A stretch of DNA of 64,000 nt from Candidatus Bathyarchaeum sp. (GTDB taxonomy: Archaea; Thermoproteota; Bathyarchaeia; Bathyarchaeales; Bathyarchaeaceae): the NCBI GenBank assembly GCA_026014495.1, contig JAOZIF010000136.1, positions 3,886 to 67,885 on the forward strand. The letters are read 5' to 3'. Below are positions 26,349 through 35,548 of this stretch, piece by piece (the first letter of the stretch is position 1; each line of letters starts with the position of its first letter). The notes under the pieces were generated by a model. That model had not been told where the DNA came from. It made no database searches and saw only the letters and a list, made by a program, of their open reading frames with translations. The translations under genes and the position numbers were made by a program.

Positions 26349-29300
26349 CTATTTCTCGGCTAATCGTTCAACCCGTGCCTTATACAAGGCGCTTGTGGCT
26401 TGATAAATGTCAAGCATTTCCTTTTTATTTAATCCTAAAATATCACAGAAGACTATTTCATCTAGTGCTTGCCTCTCCTCAAGTAAAACTTCCTCAAAAA
26501 GAGGCTTAACTTCGTGACCTGCTATCTTATCTAATGCTTGTTCCAACTTTTTAATTATTAAAGGGTTCTTCTTTTCAATTTTTTTCATATCAAGTGTTGG
26601 TACTTCTCTCAACTCGTAAATTTTAATTTCGTTAGATATTGTTTTGTCTCTATTTTCTATGTATCTACCACAAAATTCAGTAAGCAAAGCAGTAAGGGTT
26701 GAATTAAGCACAGCGCAATGAGCCTTTGCATACTTCTTATTAAAAGGGCGTATCTCGTCCAAACAATCTGTAGCATAGAAACCCAACTTGTTATAGAATA
26801 TGATGTGTCTTCCCCAATAGATACTTGGAGAAAGAATCAAACTTTTCGGTCTGCTATCCAAATCATACCAAGGCTTTCTCGAAGAGCAGGTTGGATGCTC
26901 ATGATAACCAGCATATTTTGTCGCCCTCCAAAAATGTTCCTTAGTTTCACCATACTCGATATATTCTAAGACTTTTTTTCCGCCATTTTTAAGCGCACTC
27001 TTTTTTTCTTTGCATATAAGCAAGTATCCATCTTTTTCAAGATTAGATATGCTTTTGTGGGGTCTTATTTTATTTAAGACAGGCTTGACATACTCCCATT
27101 CTATCCAAAAACGTTCTTTTTTGGTGCCTTTATCTATAAGAACTAAGAACTCGGGGGTTTCTTTTGTCTTGAAAAATCGATTTGGAAAACAAAAGAAATG
27201 GTTTGCGCCAGTTTTGATTGCATATTTAACATCAGCTACTTTTCGTAGAGGAATCACAAAATCTTTTGCTTGTTCCAATAGCTTAAAGAAAGCTGTGGGA
27301 GCTACCAAATATTTTCCCCATTTCGGATCGTTTCTAAGATCACATTGTCTAACAAGAACTATCTTAAAATCTTCATTTTCATAAAACCAGACTTTTCGAT
27401 CTAAAAATTCAGTTTCTTTAAAATCAAATAACTTCTCAGCACATTCAATACTATTTACGAATTTATCCACTTCGCTCCAACGATAAATTTCCTGAACCAT
27501 ATCACGTTCGTCAGAAATTGCTGGGACCAATTTAGAGATAGGAGATTTAAGTTGAACAAATTTAACGAGATTATCATTTCTTTCTTTTTTCTGGTTGCAC
27601 ATTTCAAGAATTGAAACACATGGAAGCATTTGAGCGTCAGGGAACCATTGTTCTTCATTTGATTCAATAATTGCTACAAGTTTACAATGGTCAAGGAAAA
27701 AATTCTTTAATGCTTTTCCATATTTCACATCAAGCCACGATCTCAATGTCACAAATCCAAGCCTACATTTGTCTTCCAAAAATTTTAAACTGTGAATGAA
27801 AAAGTAGGCGTAAATACTTGCCCTCAATGATAGATTAATATGTGGGTAGTCTTTTTGGATGGTCGCTAGTAGTGTTTCTTCCTTATAATTATGACCAAAC
27901 ACTTCTTCCAACATTTCTTCTTGACGTGTATATGGTGGGTTTCCGACAACTGCACACATTAGGGGCAACTTTTTCTCTATTACTGATTTATCTAACTTGG
28001 GAACTTGTACTACTGTTTCTTTTTTGGGGATACCATAAGCCTCCAAAGTATGCTGTACTCCAATATCTACTTGTGATCTTGGAAAAACCTCAAAGAAATC
28101 ATTGTACACTATGTTTGGATAGTTCTTTTCTACCGTCAAATCTCTTATTGCGAGATTTATTGTAGAAAGGTGAGCGGGAAACTTAGCGATATCGACTCCC
28201 CAAAGCCGTCGGAGTAAATCTTTGTGAGATATTTTGCCTTCCAAATACTTGAGTCGGTAATATGACCTTACAAGAAATGTTCCTGAACCACAGGCAGGAT
28301 CGAGTACTATATCTTGTTTATTTTTTACACAAAATCCTATAATCAAATCAACAATATCCGATCGAGTGAAATATTGACCTAAAGTATGGCGCTCTGTTGT
28401 TGGAATTATTTTCTCGAAAACTTTTCCGATAATATCGTAGCCAATGTTGGAATAATCAAGTGTTTGTAAGTAGCCAATTGTTCTAATTAATTCAGATATA
28501 GTATCACTGGGGAGAGGAATTTTATCAACAAAGTTCGTTTGAAAAACTGTTTCATAATTTCCAGATTTCTCTATACCTATGTTAAAAAATGTTTGAAGGA
28601 GCGTATAGAATGTGTCTGAAGTCAATCCTTTTGGTAAAGTAAGTTCGGGTAAAGCATATTTGACTTTAAGAACATTATAAAATAGCAATTTATTCACGAA
28701 AATATACGTATATTGTTTTGCTAAAATTATACAATATTCTTCAAGTTTTGTTTTGTTTCCTTTTGGATCGTCCCAACCATTATCCGCTAACCACACTTCG
28801 AATTTCAGTCGATAGTCTGAGTCCTCAATATATCTTGAAACAAGCTCGTTTACTAAATGCGTTGTGCTGACAATACCGTTGATGTAGTTATGCAGAACTT
28901 CCACTATGCTCTCATCTATGGGTTTTGGAGGTTCCCCTTCAAGAAATTTTGAAAACCATAAAAGAAATCTTTTGAAGGAGCCTCGAATTTCATCGGTTTT
29001 TCTGAAATATTCTTGCAGTTCTTTTACATATGTGATAGCGAACTCGGCAATTCTTTTGAGTGTTACAGCATCCCATAATACAAGAAAGTTCACATTATGA
29101 GTTGCAAAATATCTTATGTGTGGACGATAATTTTCTACATATCCTATTGTTTGCTCAATAACTTCAGGATTGTAAGGTGCATCCATTTCCTCTGGACGTT
29201 TTACTTCAATTAGAAAAAAACAGTTGTTCTTATCATCTAAGAAAAGTATATCGGCACGTTTCCTTTCCTTTACCATCTCAACTTTTACTTTTCCAAGTGG

Positions 29301-29522
29301 CAAATTATTTTCTTTTATTATTTGCCCTATCCACTCTTTCAGGTCACTCGCATAAGTTGGTTCAGTAGGCTCCCCACTCAACGCAATCCCTAGTCTATTA
29401 ATTTGTTTATAATTTATAAGCTTACAAAAAATTGGATTTTTTTTAAAAAATTCACCATCCAAAAGAAGCATGGTGGTGTGGCATTTACGCCAAAAGACAA
29501 TTTTCAGTCGATTCCCCCGCAA
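26349..29522 (-). CDS. Type IIG restriction-modification enzyme (N-terminal PD-(D/E)xK nuclease fused to a gamma-class N6-adenine DNA methyltransferase and target-recognition region)
   Basis: 1057 aa. Nuclease-like RADILFLD...FLIEVKRPE. MTase motif I VLDPACGSGTFLV and motif IV VVGNPPYTRQEE. The gene is much more AT-rich than its neighbours. The start may be an internal Met (for example 29471). Confidence 0.8.
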   Translation of the reverse strand: MRGNRLKIVFWRKCHTTMLLLDGEFFKKNPIFCKLINYKQINRLGIALSGEPTEPTYASDLKEWIGQIIKENNLPLGKVKVEMVKERKRADILFLDDKNNCFFLIEVKRPEEMDAPYNPEVIEQTIGYVENYRPHIRYFATHNVNFLVLWDAVTLKRIAEFAITYVKELQEYFRKTDEIRGSFKRFLLWFSKFLEGEPPKPIDESIVEVLHNYINGIVSTTHLVNELVSRYIEDSDYRLKFEVWLADNGWDDPKGNKTKLEEYCIILAKQYTYIFVNKLLFYNVLKVKYALPELTLPKGLTSDTFYTLLQTFFNIGIEKSGNYETVFQTNFVDKIPLPSDTISELIRTIGYLQTLDYSNIGYDIIGKVFEKIIPTTERHTLGQYFTRSDIVDLIIGFCVKNKQDIVLDPACGSGTFLVRSYYRLKYLEGKISHKDLLRRLWGVDIAKFPAHLSTINLAIRDLTVEKNYPNIVYNDFFEVFPRSQVDIGVQHTLEAYGIPKKETVVQVPKLDKSVIEKKLPLMCAVVGNPPYTRQEEMLEEVFGHNYKEETLLATIQKDYPHINLSLRASIYAYFFIHSLKFLEDKCRLGFVTLRSWLDVKYGKALKNFFLDHCKLVAIIESNEEQWFPDAQMLPCVSILEMCNQKKERNDNLVKFVQLKSPISKLVPAISDERDMVQEIYRWSEVDKFVNSIECAEKLFDFKETEFLDRKVWFYENEDFKIVLVRQCDLRNDPKWGKYLVAPTAFFKLLEQAKDFVIPLRKVADVKYAIKTGANHFFCFPNRFFKTKETPEFLVLIDKGTKKERFWIEWEYVKPVLNKIRPHKSISNLEKDGYLLICKEKKSALKNGGKKVLEYIEYGETKEHFWRATKYAGYHEHPTCSSRKPWYDLDSRPKSLILSPSIYWGRHIIFYNKLGFYATDCLDEIRPFNKKYAKAHCAVLNSTLTALLTEFCGRYIENRDKTISNEIKIYELREVPTLDMKKIEKKNPLIIKKLEQALDKIAGHEVKPLFEEVLLEERQALDEIVFCDILGLNKKEMLDIYQATSALYKARVERLAEK

Positions 29523-29888
29523 GAAGTTTTCATATTTCCTGTCCTCCTACGTGTTCCTAATATTGCAAAGAACGGGAATGTCAAGATAATATTCTCTTCA
29601 GAAAACAGTTGGGGAATGAAAGAAATCTTGATTCCATTTGAGATTGTTAAGTTAAGTCCTATTGTTTCTAAAAAATATTTACTCGTTTTTTAGCTTTGTT
29701 AACAGCCTTTTTCAGAAGCTCAGATTTGCTATTCTTGGTTTCCATAATGTATGTTCACTTCTCAAATATTTTGCTAAAAGTAAAGCTTCTTCATTTATCA
29801 GGGTTTCAAGGGTTTGTTTTTTGCCGTGTCTTATTCTTGGGCGTTTTGCTTCTGACCCCAACTTTGCGGTGTTTTTGTTGATTGTGTG

Positions 29889-30218
29889 TTATTTGTTGTT
29901 TGTTGTGAATAGTTCTAGTAATAGTTCGTAGAGTTCGTTTCCGCCTTCTATTTTGGTGAATAGTGTTTTTTCTGCGGTGAGTATTTTTTGTGCTGTGTCG
30001 CAGGTTCGTCTCCATTCTAGTTCTTTCCACATGAGCTTGTAGTTTTTGTGCTCCACCCATGCCCGAAACACCAGCACAGTAAACATTGCTACGGTAACCA
30101 AAAGATTTAGAACATAAATGCTTAGCAAATCCAACATAACCGCCTCAATATACTGTTTAGTTTCTGTAGATTCATAAGATTTATTACCGCAAAACAGAGT
30201 ATCGGTTTTTGCTCTCAC
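29889..30218 (-). CDS. Hypothetical small single-pass membrane protein upstream of the R-M gene
   Basis: 109 aa with one hydrophobic helix (LLSIYVLNLLVTVAMFTVLVF). It is on the same strand as the R-M gene and inside the AT-rich island. No family recognised. Confidence 0.35.
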   Translation of the reverse strand: MRAKTDTLFCGNKSYESTETKQYIEAVMLDLLSIYVLNLLVTVAMFTVLVFRAWVEHKNYKLMWKELEWRRTCDTAQKILTAEKTLFTKIEGGNELYELLLELFTTNNK

Positions 30219-30376
30219 CGAGATGAAACCTGCGCTGCACGCATAAATCCCATTTCATGTATCATCTCAACGCGAGATATCCAAAATTTGATTATATTGG
30301 GTAGCGTGGTACAGGCTCCGGTGAGAGCACAACTTTACATTCAATTTAACACCCGAAATAAAGAGACTCATACGCC

Positions 30377-30436
30377 TCAAGCATATTAGGAGACTAATAG
30401 CAGAATATTGTTGAAAACTAGCTTTTCTGAAATTTT
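30377..30436 (-). repeat. Copy R5 of the ~60-bp intergenic repeat (right border of the R-M island, inverted relative to R4)
   Basis: Reverse complement reads AAAATTTCAGAAAAGCTAGTTTTCAACAATATTCTGCTATTAGTCTCCTAATATGCTTGAGG. It ends 2 nt from the ThiF/MoeB stop codon. Confidence 0.85.
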
Positions 30437-30438
30437 TA

Positions 30439-31434
30439 CTAGCAACCACCAATCAAGTCACTGAAAAGCTTGAGTGCTTCCTTTTTTTCTTTGAAGCCTT
30501 CAACAATCATAACTCCGCTTTTTAGAACACTCACCTTAACATCGTCACGAATAGAAGTCAACCCCAACTTACCTTTAGCTTTGAAACTAAACCCTCGTTT
30601 AATCAATACTTCCTCCACCTCTACAAGGTTAACTTCCAAGTTTTCTGTTGGAACTATAACATATGTTCTCTTTCCGTTACGTCCACAAACTTCTTCCACG
30701 ACTTCATTTTTTAGCTGCACAGCAGAACCTGACACTTTTACTCCACAGACGGGACACGAATCAACGTTTGAGAGATTAATCTCGTTAAATTCCAGTTCCT
30801 CCAAGTCAAAATGCAAAAGCTTGTTGACTAACCGCGGCTTCTTTCCCGTAAGTATCCTGATTGCCTCGCTGACTTCTAGACTTGCAATAATATTCACCAA
30901 AGACGGGTGAACACCCACCACCCCACATTTAGGCAACTTTTTGTCATCAAGATTCCCATAAAAACACTCAAGGCACGCTGTTTCCCCCGGAACAATCGTG
31001 GACAAGTTACCTGTAGTAGCTACTGCTGCTCCAAAAACGTAAGGTACCCCAAGCTTGTTGCAAGCTCTGTTTACTGCATAACGTGCAGCCATACTATCCA
31101 AGCCATCAACCACAACATCCATTCCCTGAACAAGGTCTTCTGCGTTGGTCTGGTTTACTGAAAACGTAAGAGGCTCAATGTTGATGTAGGGATTCAGCTT
31201 CTCTAACCGTTTGGCGGCAGCCTCAACCTTCGCAAACCCAACATCATCAACACCATAAAGGTGCTGACGGTGCAAATTAGTTCGCTCTACTACATCGCGG
31301 TCAACAATCCGTAGATGCCCAACTCCCATAGCCGCCAGCTGCATCGCCGCAGGAGAGCCTAACCCGCCTACACCAAGCAAACAAGCTTTAGAATTTTTTA
31401 GTTTCAGCTGAGCGTTGTAGCCCATTTCAGCCAT
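30439..31434 (-). CDS. ThiF/MoeB/HesA-family E1-like adenylyltransferase
   Basis: LLGVGGLGSPAAMQLAAMGVGHLRIVDRDVVERTNLHRQ, plus CxxC pairs. The conserved N-terminal LSKEELDYYSRQ motif is encoded in frame upstream of the first ATG (up to 31509), so the true start is probably further upstream. Confidence 0.85.
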   Translation of the reverse strand: MAEMGYNAQLKLKNSKACLLGVGGLGSPAAMQLAAMGVGHLRIVDRDVVERTNLHRQHLYGVDDVGFAKVEAAAKRLEKLNPYINIEPLTFSVNQTNAEDLVQGMDVVVDGLDSMAARYAVNRACNKLGVPYVFGAAVATTGNLSTIVPGETACLECFYGNLDDKKLPKCGVVGVHPSLVNIIASLEVSEAIRILTGKKPRLVNKLLHFDLEELEFNEINLSNVDSCPVCGVKVSGSAVQLKNEVVEEVCGRNGKRTYVIVPTENLEVNLVEVEEVLIKRGFSFKAKGKLGLTSIRDDVKVSVLKSGVMIVEGFKEKKEALKLFSDLIGGC

Positions 31435-31622
31435 AACAACCTGTCTTGAATAGTAATCTAGCTCTTCTTTTGAAAGCTCTGCTGTAACTGGCTGTTTAGG
31501 CTTAACTATCTTTTTTCACCCCAAAGAGTTGGCTCATGCTCAACAAAGCAACTGACCATATTAAAAGAACCGTTCCCCTCAGCTTTTAAATAAATTCCCC
31601 AAAAGAACAACCTAAACCAAAA

Positions 31623-31907
31623 CTAACTGGTTAAAGCCGAAACCAAGACCCGTTCAGCTTCATCTACAGTAATATTATTGACTAAAAACCGCTTTTGCCT
31701 TGAAGTACAACCTGAAACAATATCAACTCTACGACCAAAAAGCCGCGAAAAACGCTTCAACAACTCTTTGTTAACCTTGCCCTTCACTGGAGCTTCACAA
31801 CACGACACAACCAACTCATCTTCATCCAGCTCCATACGAAACTGCTTTGCGTTTGGCTTAACATGCACATCAAAAACAACGCCCTGAGCAGTCTCCAACA
31901 ACTTCAT
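31623..31907 (-). CDS. DUF167 (YggU-like) family protein
   Basis: GVVFDVHVKPNAKQ...VSCCEAPVKGKVNKELLKRFSRLFG fits DUF167. I prefer the start at MKLLE (31907) over 31937. Confidence 0.65.
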   Translation of the reverse strand: MKLLETAQGVVFDVHVKPNAKQFRMELDEDELVVSCCEAPVKGKVNKELLKRFSRLFGRRVDIVSGCTSRQKRFLVNNITVDEAERVLVSALTS

Positions 31908-32019
31908 GCCATACCACAACACATGAGCAATTAACATTCAAGGAAGGCTTACACCGTTATTTAACAGTAATCAAGCCTTTAATAGGCGCCCAGTTAAGAC
32001 TCATTGAAGGCAAACTAAA

Positions 32020-33360
32020 ATGCTAAAAGACGCTTGGACGCTCGCCATAGAAACACTAAGCTGGATTGAACTAAAACGAATGGGTGAGCGCCTAGCATTA
32101 ACAAAAGCCACAAAACAACTTAAAATCAAAGACCCAAAAGCAATCGGATTAGCCCACAGACTAGTATCCGAAACGCTCAGAAAAAAGAATTACATAGACC
32201 TTCTACTAAACTCTGTTTTGGAACCCCAAACAATCAATGACCTAAAACTGGGACCCAGAGTTTTCCTTCGTCTATATGTTCACGAAACAAAATTTGCAGA
32301 CGAAAGCCTAGACAAAGCTCAAAGAATAGCACGAATGGGACGCACAATACTGGGATGGTGGAAACTCAAAGACGTAGAAGAAGTTCTAGGCAAAATCCTA
32401 AGTATCAACCCAGAAACCCTCATAGCCAGATTAGAAGAAACAGAGAAAATAGGCCTCCAAACATACCACCCCACATGGTTTGTGAAATACTGCTTTAGGC
32501 TCCTTGGAAGAGGAGAAGCCCTAAAATTCCTAGAAAAATCTGCAGAAATTACTCCCACTTACGTGCGACTAAACACCCTAAAGGCACCAGAACAAACCCT
32601 AATCAAAGACATACAAGACGAAAAAGTAGTTCTAGAAAAAGTTCCTCAACTCAAACACACCTACAAACTAATCGAAACAAACAAGCCACTCACAAGAACA
32701 CAAAGCTTCAGGCAAGGACTATTCTACATACAAGACAAAGCCAGTTGCCTAGCAGCCGAAATCGCAGACCCCAAACAAAACAATACAGTGCTTGACGTAT
32801 GCGCAGCCCCAGGCTCCAAAACAACATACCTAGCGCAGCTGATGAACAACACTGGAACAATCGTTTCCGTTGACTACTCAAAACGAAGAATAAAAGTATG
32901 GAAAAAAGAAACAAACCACATGGGCACAACAAACGTTCACTCAATAGTAGCTGACGCAAGAAATACTCTGCCCTTGAATATTTCTGCAGACTTGGTGATT
33001 TTAGACCCTCCATGCACAAGCACAGGAACCTTCGGCAAAACACCAGACGCAAAATGGCGTCTCACCAAACGGTCAATGCTGGGCATGTCAAAAATTCAAT
33101 CAGAAATGATAGAACAGTGCTCAGAATACGTGAAGCATAACGGCTTTCTGGTCTATTCCACCTGCAGCATAACCTTAGAAGAAAACGAACTGGTGATCGA
33201 AAAGTTTCTGAAATTGCACCCCGAATTCAAGCTAGTCGAATCAAAGCCCAGAATCGGATTGCCTGGACTTAGAGGACTAAATAAGTGTCAAAGGCTGTAT
33301 CCACACATTCATGAATGCAATGGGTTTTTTGTGGCAAAACTAAAAAAAGAAACAAAATAA
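32020..33360 (+). CDS. NOL1/NOP2/Sun-family RNA cytosine-C5 methyltransferase
   Basis: 446 aa. SAM motif VLDVCAAPGSKTTYL and the catalytic DPPCTSTG and YSTCS motifs are present. Confidence 0.85.
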   Translation: MLKDAWTLAIETLSWIELKRMGERLALTKATKQLKIKDPKAIGLAHRLVSETLRKKNYIDLLLNSVLEPQTINDLKLGPRVFLRLYVHETKFADESLDKAQRIARMGRTILGWWKLKDVEEVLGKILSINPETLIARLEETEKIGLQTYHPTWFVKYCFRLLGRGEALKFLEKSAEITPTYVRLNTLKAPEQTLIKDIQDEKVVLEKVPQLKHTYKLIETNKPLTRTQSFRQGLFYIQDKASCLAAEIADPKQNNTVLDVCAAPGSKTTYLAQLMNNTGTIVSVDYSKRRIKVWKKETNHMGTTNVHSIVADARNTLPLNISADLVILDPPCTSTGTFGKTPDAKWRLTKRSMLGMSKIQSEMIEQCSEYVKHNGFLVYSTCSITLEENELVIEKFLKLHPEFKLVESKPRIGLPGLRGLNKCQRLYPHIHECNGFFVAKLKKETK

Positions 33361-33371
33361 CCTGTTCAGAC

Positions 33372-34268
33372 CTAGCTTTTTTGTGAACTCTCTAGAAAGC
33401 CTAGCACTTCAAAGAGGACTTTTGTAGCTTGGATAGCGGTTACGCCTTGGTCATAGTTAGGCGCCACCTCAACAACATCAAAGCCAACAACTCGATGGTC
33501 ACACACAACCTGCAGAAGGTCCAACAGAGTTGCAGTGTCCAGTCCTTCAGGTTCAGGGTTTGGAACAGCAGGCACAATCGAGGGGTCCAACACGTCCATG
33601 TCTATTGTAACATAAATTTTTTTGTAACCCTTAAGGGCGTTCTTGATTGTTTCAGCCGTTTTCTTGACGCCCTCCTTTCGTATTTCATGTGCAGTTAGAT
33701 AGTCGATTCCAGCCTCTTTTGCGTAGTCAAGCTCTTCTTTACATACTGCGCGAGTTCCAATCTCCAAAATCTTGGCGGGTTTAACATCCTCGTTTATTCG
33801 CCGCATGAACGTTGTATGAGAAACATCAAGACCAAGATAGCTGTCGCGCAGGTCTAAGTGAGCATCAAAACTCACCACAGCAACATCTTCACCAAGGCTA
33901 CGTGCAACACCCAACGTAATAGTGTGCTCACCTCCAATAAACACCGCAACCTTGTCGTCGTCAAAAATGTCCTTTGCAACCAAAGCCAAGCGCCCCAAAG
34001 TTAATTCGACATCTCCAGCAACATGCAAGTCCCCTAAATCGTGAGTTTTCAGGTCCTCAACATCAACGCCCGTTCTGAAACTGTAACACTCAACATTTTG
34101 GGAAGCATCCCTGATTGCAAGAGGCGCAAATTTTGCTCCACAACGGTAAGTGCTTGTTACGTCGAATGGGACTCCTAAAATCACATACTTTGCTAATTCA
34201 AAGCTTTCTTGGCTGCCCGTGAATACGGGAGATGGGGATACAAAGAGTTCACGGTAACTCAAGCTCAA
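33372..34268 (-). CDS. speB: Agmatinase (arginase/ureohydrolase family)
   Basis: 298 aa. GGEHTIT, SFDAHLDL and TIDMDVLDPS are the metal-binding motifs. Confidence 0.8.
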   Translation of the reverse strand: MSLSYRELFVSPSPVFTGSQESFELAKYVILGVPFDVTSTYRCGAKFAPLAIRDASQNVECYSFRTGVDVEDLKTHDLGDLHVAGDVELTLGRLALVAKDIFDDDKVAVFIGGEHTITLGVARSLGEDVAVVSFDAHLDLRDSYLGLDVSHTTFMRRINEDVKPAKILEIGTRAVCKEELDYAKEAGIDYLTAHEIRKEGVKKTAETIKNALKGYKKIYVTIDMDVLDPSIVPAVPNPEPEGLDTATLLDLLQVVCDHRVVGFDVVEVAPNYDQGVTAIQATKVLFEVLGFLESSQKS

Positions 34269-34333
34269 TCACTCCTTAGAAAAAATAATCACACATGAAT
34301 CAACTGTAACATAAGAAAAGGAAAGATTTAGGA

Positions 34334-34594
34334 TTATTGGCTCTGCACTACTTTTTCGTAGCAGCTCCAACACAATATTTCACAGTTTTCTACTGTAAAT
34401 TTTCCGCCTTTTTCGGGGCTAACAAAGTAAGTGGCTTCCCAACCGCTTCTTTCGTTTTTGTTTCCCCTGTGTTCCCATATAATTTGCTTGAAGCATGTAA
34501 AAGCTCCATGATCATGGGTGTCTCTTTCACATTGGCAACGCATATTTGCCCTTGAAAATGCTTTCTTAACGATTTCCTCAGGAAACTGGCTCAT
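34334..34594 (-). CDS. Small HNH-like zinc protein with substituted catalytic histidines
   Basis: 86 aa. RCQCERDTHDHG..C...IIWEHRG...GWEATYFVSPEKGGKFTVENCEILCWSCYEK parallels a small HNH family (..WEAHH..GG..NC.ILCW.CH), but His residues are replaced by Thr-Tyr and by Tyr. Confidence 0.45.
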   Translation of the reverse strand: MSQFPEEIVKKAFSRANMRCQCERDTHDHGAFTCFKQIIWEHRGNKNERSGWEATYFVSPEKGGKFTVENCEILCWSCYEKVVQSQ

Positions 34595-34744
34595 TACAAT
34601 TCCTCAACAACAGTAAGCCAATATTCAGTATATTTTTAAAGCTTACGAAAGTAAACGCAAATAAAATTGAATAAAACAACTAAAACCGTATTTGACATCT
34701 AAGCCTTTTTTGTGGAGATAATTCCAAGCACAGGTCGCAGTCGC

Positions 34745-35011
34745 TTAGGGGACAATTAATGCACGAAGAGAATTCTGCTGTTTTTGTTCTCTTTGCTGTT
34801 CAAGTTCTTCTCTCAGACTTTGAACTTCCCGTCTTAGACTAATTAATTCTAAAAGAAGAAATGTGTTACCATGCCTGAAGAATTGATTTACCTTCTCAGA
34901 AACTGTTTCTTCGTTTACGTGTCCCCTGACTTTGGATGTTATCTCTTTTGAAAGCATCTTTTTCGGGTCCATCTTTAATCGACACCACATTACAGTAACA
35001 AGGGATAACAC
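34745..35011 (-). CDS. Hypothetical coiled-coil protein
   Basis: ORF of 88 aa (75 aa if it starts at MDPKK, 34972). The C-terminal heptad-like stretch is LISLRREVQSLREELEQQREQKQ. No family recognised. Confidence 0.3.
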   Translation of the reverse strand: MLSLVTVMWCRLKMDPKKMLSKEITSKVRGHVNEETVSEKVNQFFRHGNTFLLLELISLRREVQSLREELEQQREQKQQNSLRALIVP

Positions 35012-35167
35012 TTATGAAAACAGGATTATTACAAAGAATCCATCTTTTCCATCGTAAGCGACAATCTTCCAATTTACTGAAACATTGCCCAGAAATAACG
35101 TAATTCAACAAAAACGGAGAAACTAATTTATTACCAATCGTATTATAGCGGTAAGAAGGAATGCAAT

Positions 35168-35542
35168 ATGACCTCAGAAAAGAGCAGCAAGATTGAAAAT
35201 CCAATTATGCGGATAATGGCAATTTTTTACATTATAGTCGGAATTGCTCAATTAGGATACTTTGCTATAGAAAGCTTTGCTGCACCACCACACATCCCAG
35301 TTCTGGGACTAATAAGTTTAATCACAGCATACAGTGTTTTCACAATGAAAAAGTGGACTTTGCCTCTTGTAGCTGGACTATTCTTTATAGGAATGACATT
35401 TGGAGCAACAACACTCGTCAACTCGCTTGCACTACAAACATTTCCAGACGCAATGCTGTTCAACATCGCTCTGATAGCATACATGATAGTGTTGTTGATA
35501 GCATCAGCTTACATAATAAAGAGCAGAGAAAACTTCAACTAA
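35168..35542 (+). CDS. Hypothetical membrane protein (4 predicted helices)
   Basis: 124 aa, hydrophobic throughout. No family recognised. Confidence 0.45.
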   Translation: MTSEKSSKIENPIMRIMAIFYIIVGIAQLGYFAIESFAAPPHIPVLGLISLITAYSVFTMKKWTLPLVAGLFFIGMTFGATTLVNSLALQTFPDAMLFNIALIAYMIVLLIASAYIIKSRENFN

Positions 35543-35548
35543 GAACAC

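Noticed and set aside
29403-30060. Several 60-96-aa ORFs on both strands upstream of the R-M gene (29403-29693, 29662-29931, 29696-29881, 29806-30060).
   Set aside because: They are mutually overlapping, T-rich or basic low-complexity translations (FLF..., RRKRT...) with no motifs. I kept only the 109-aa ORF with a clear transmembrane helix, and that at low confidence.
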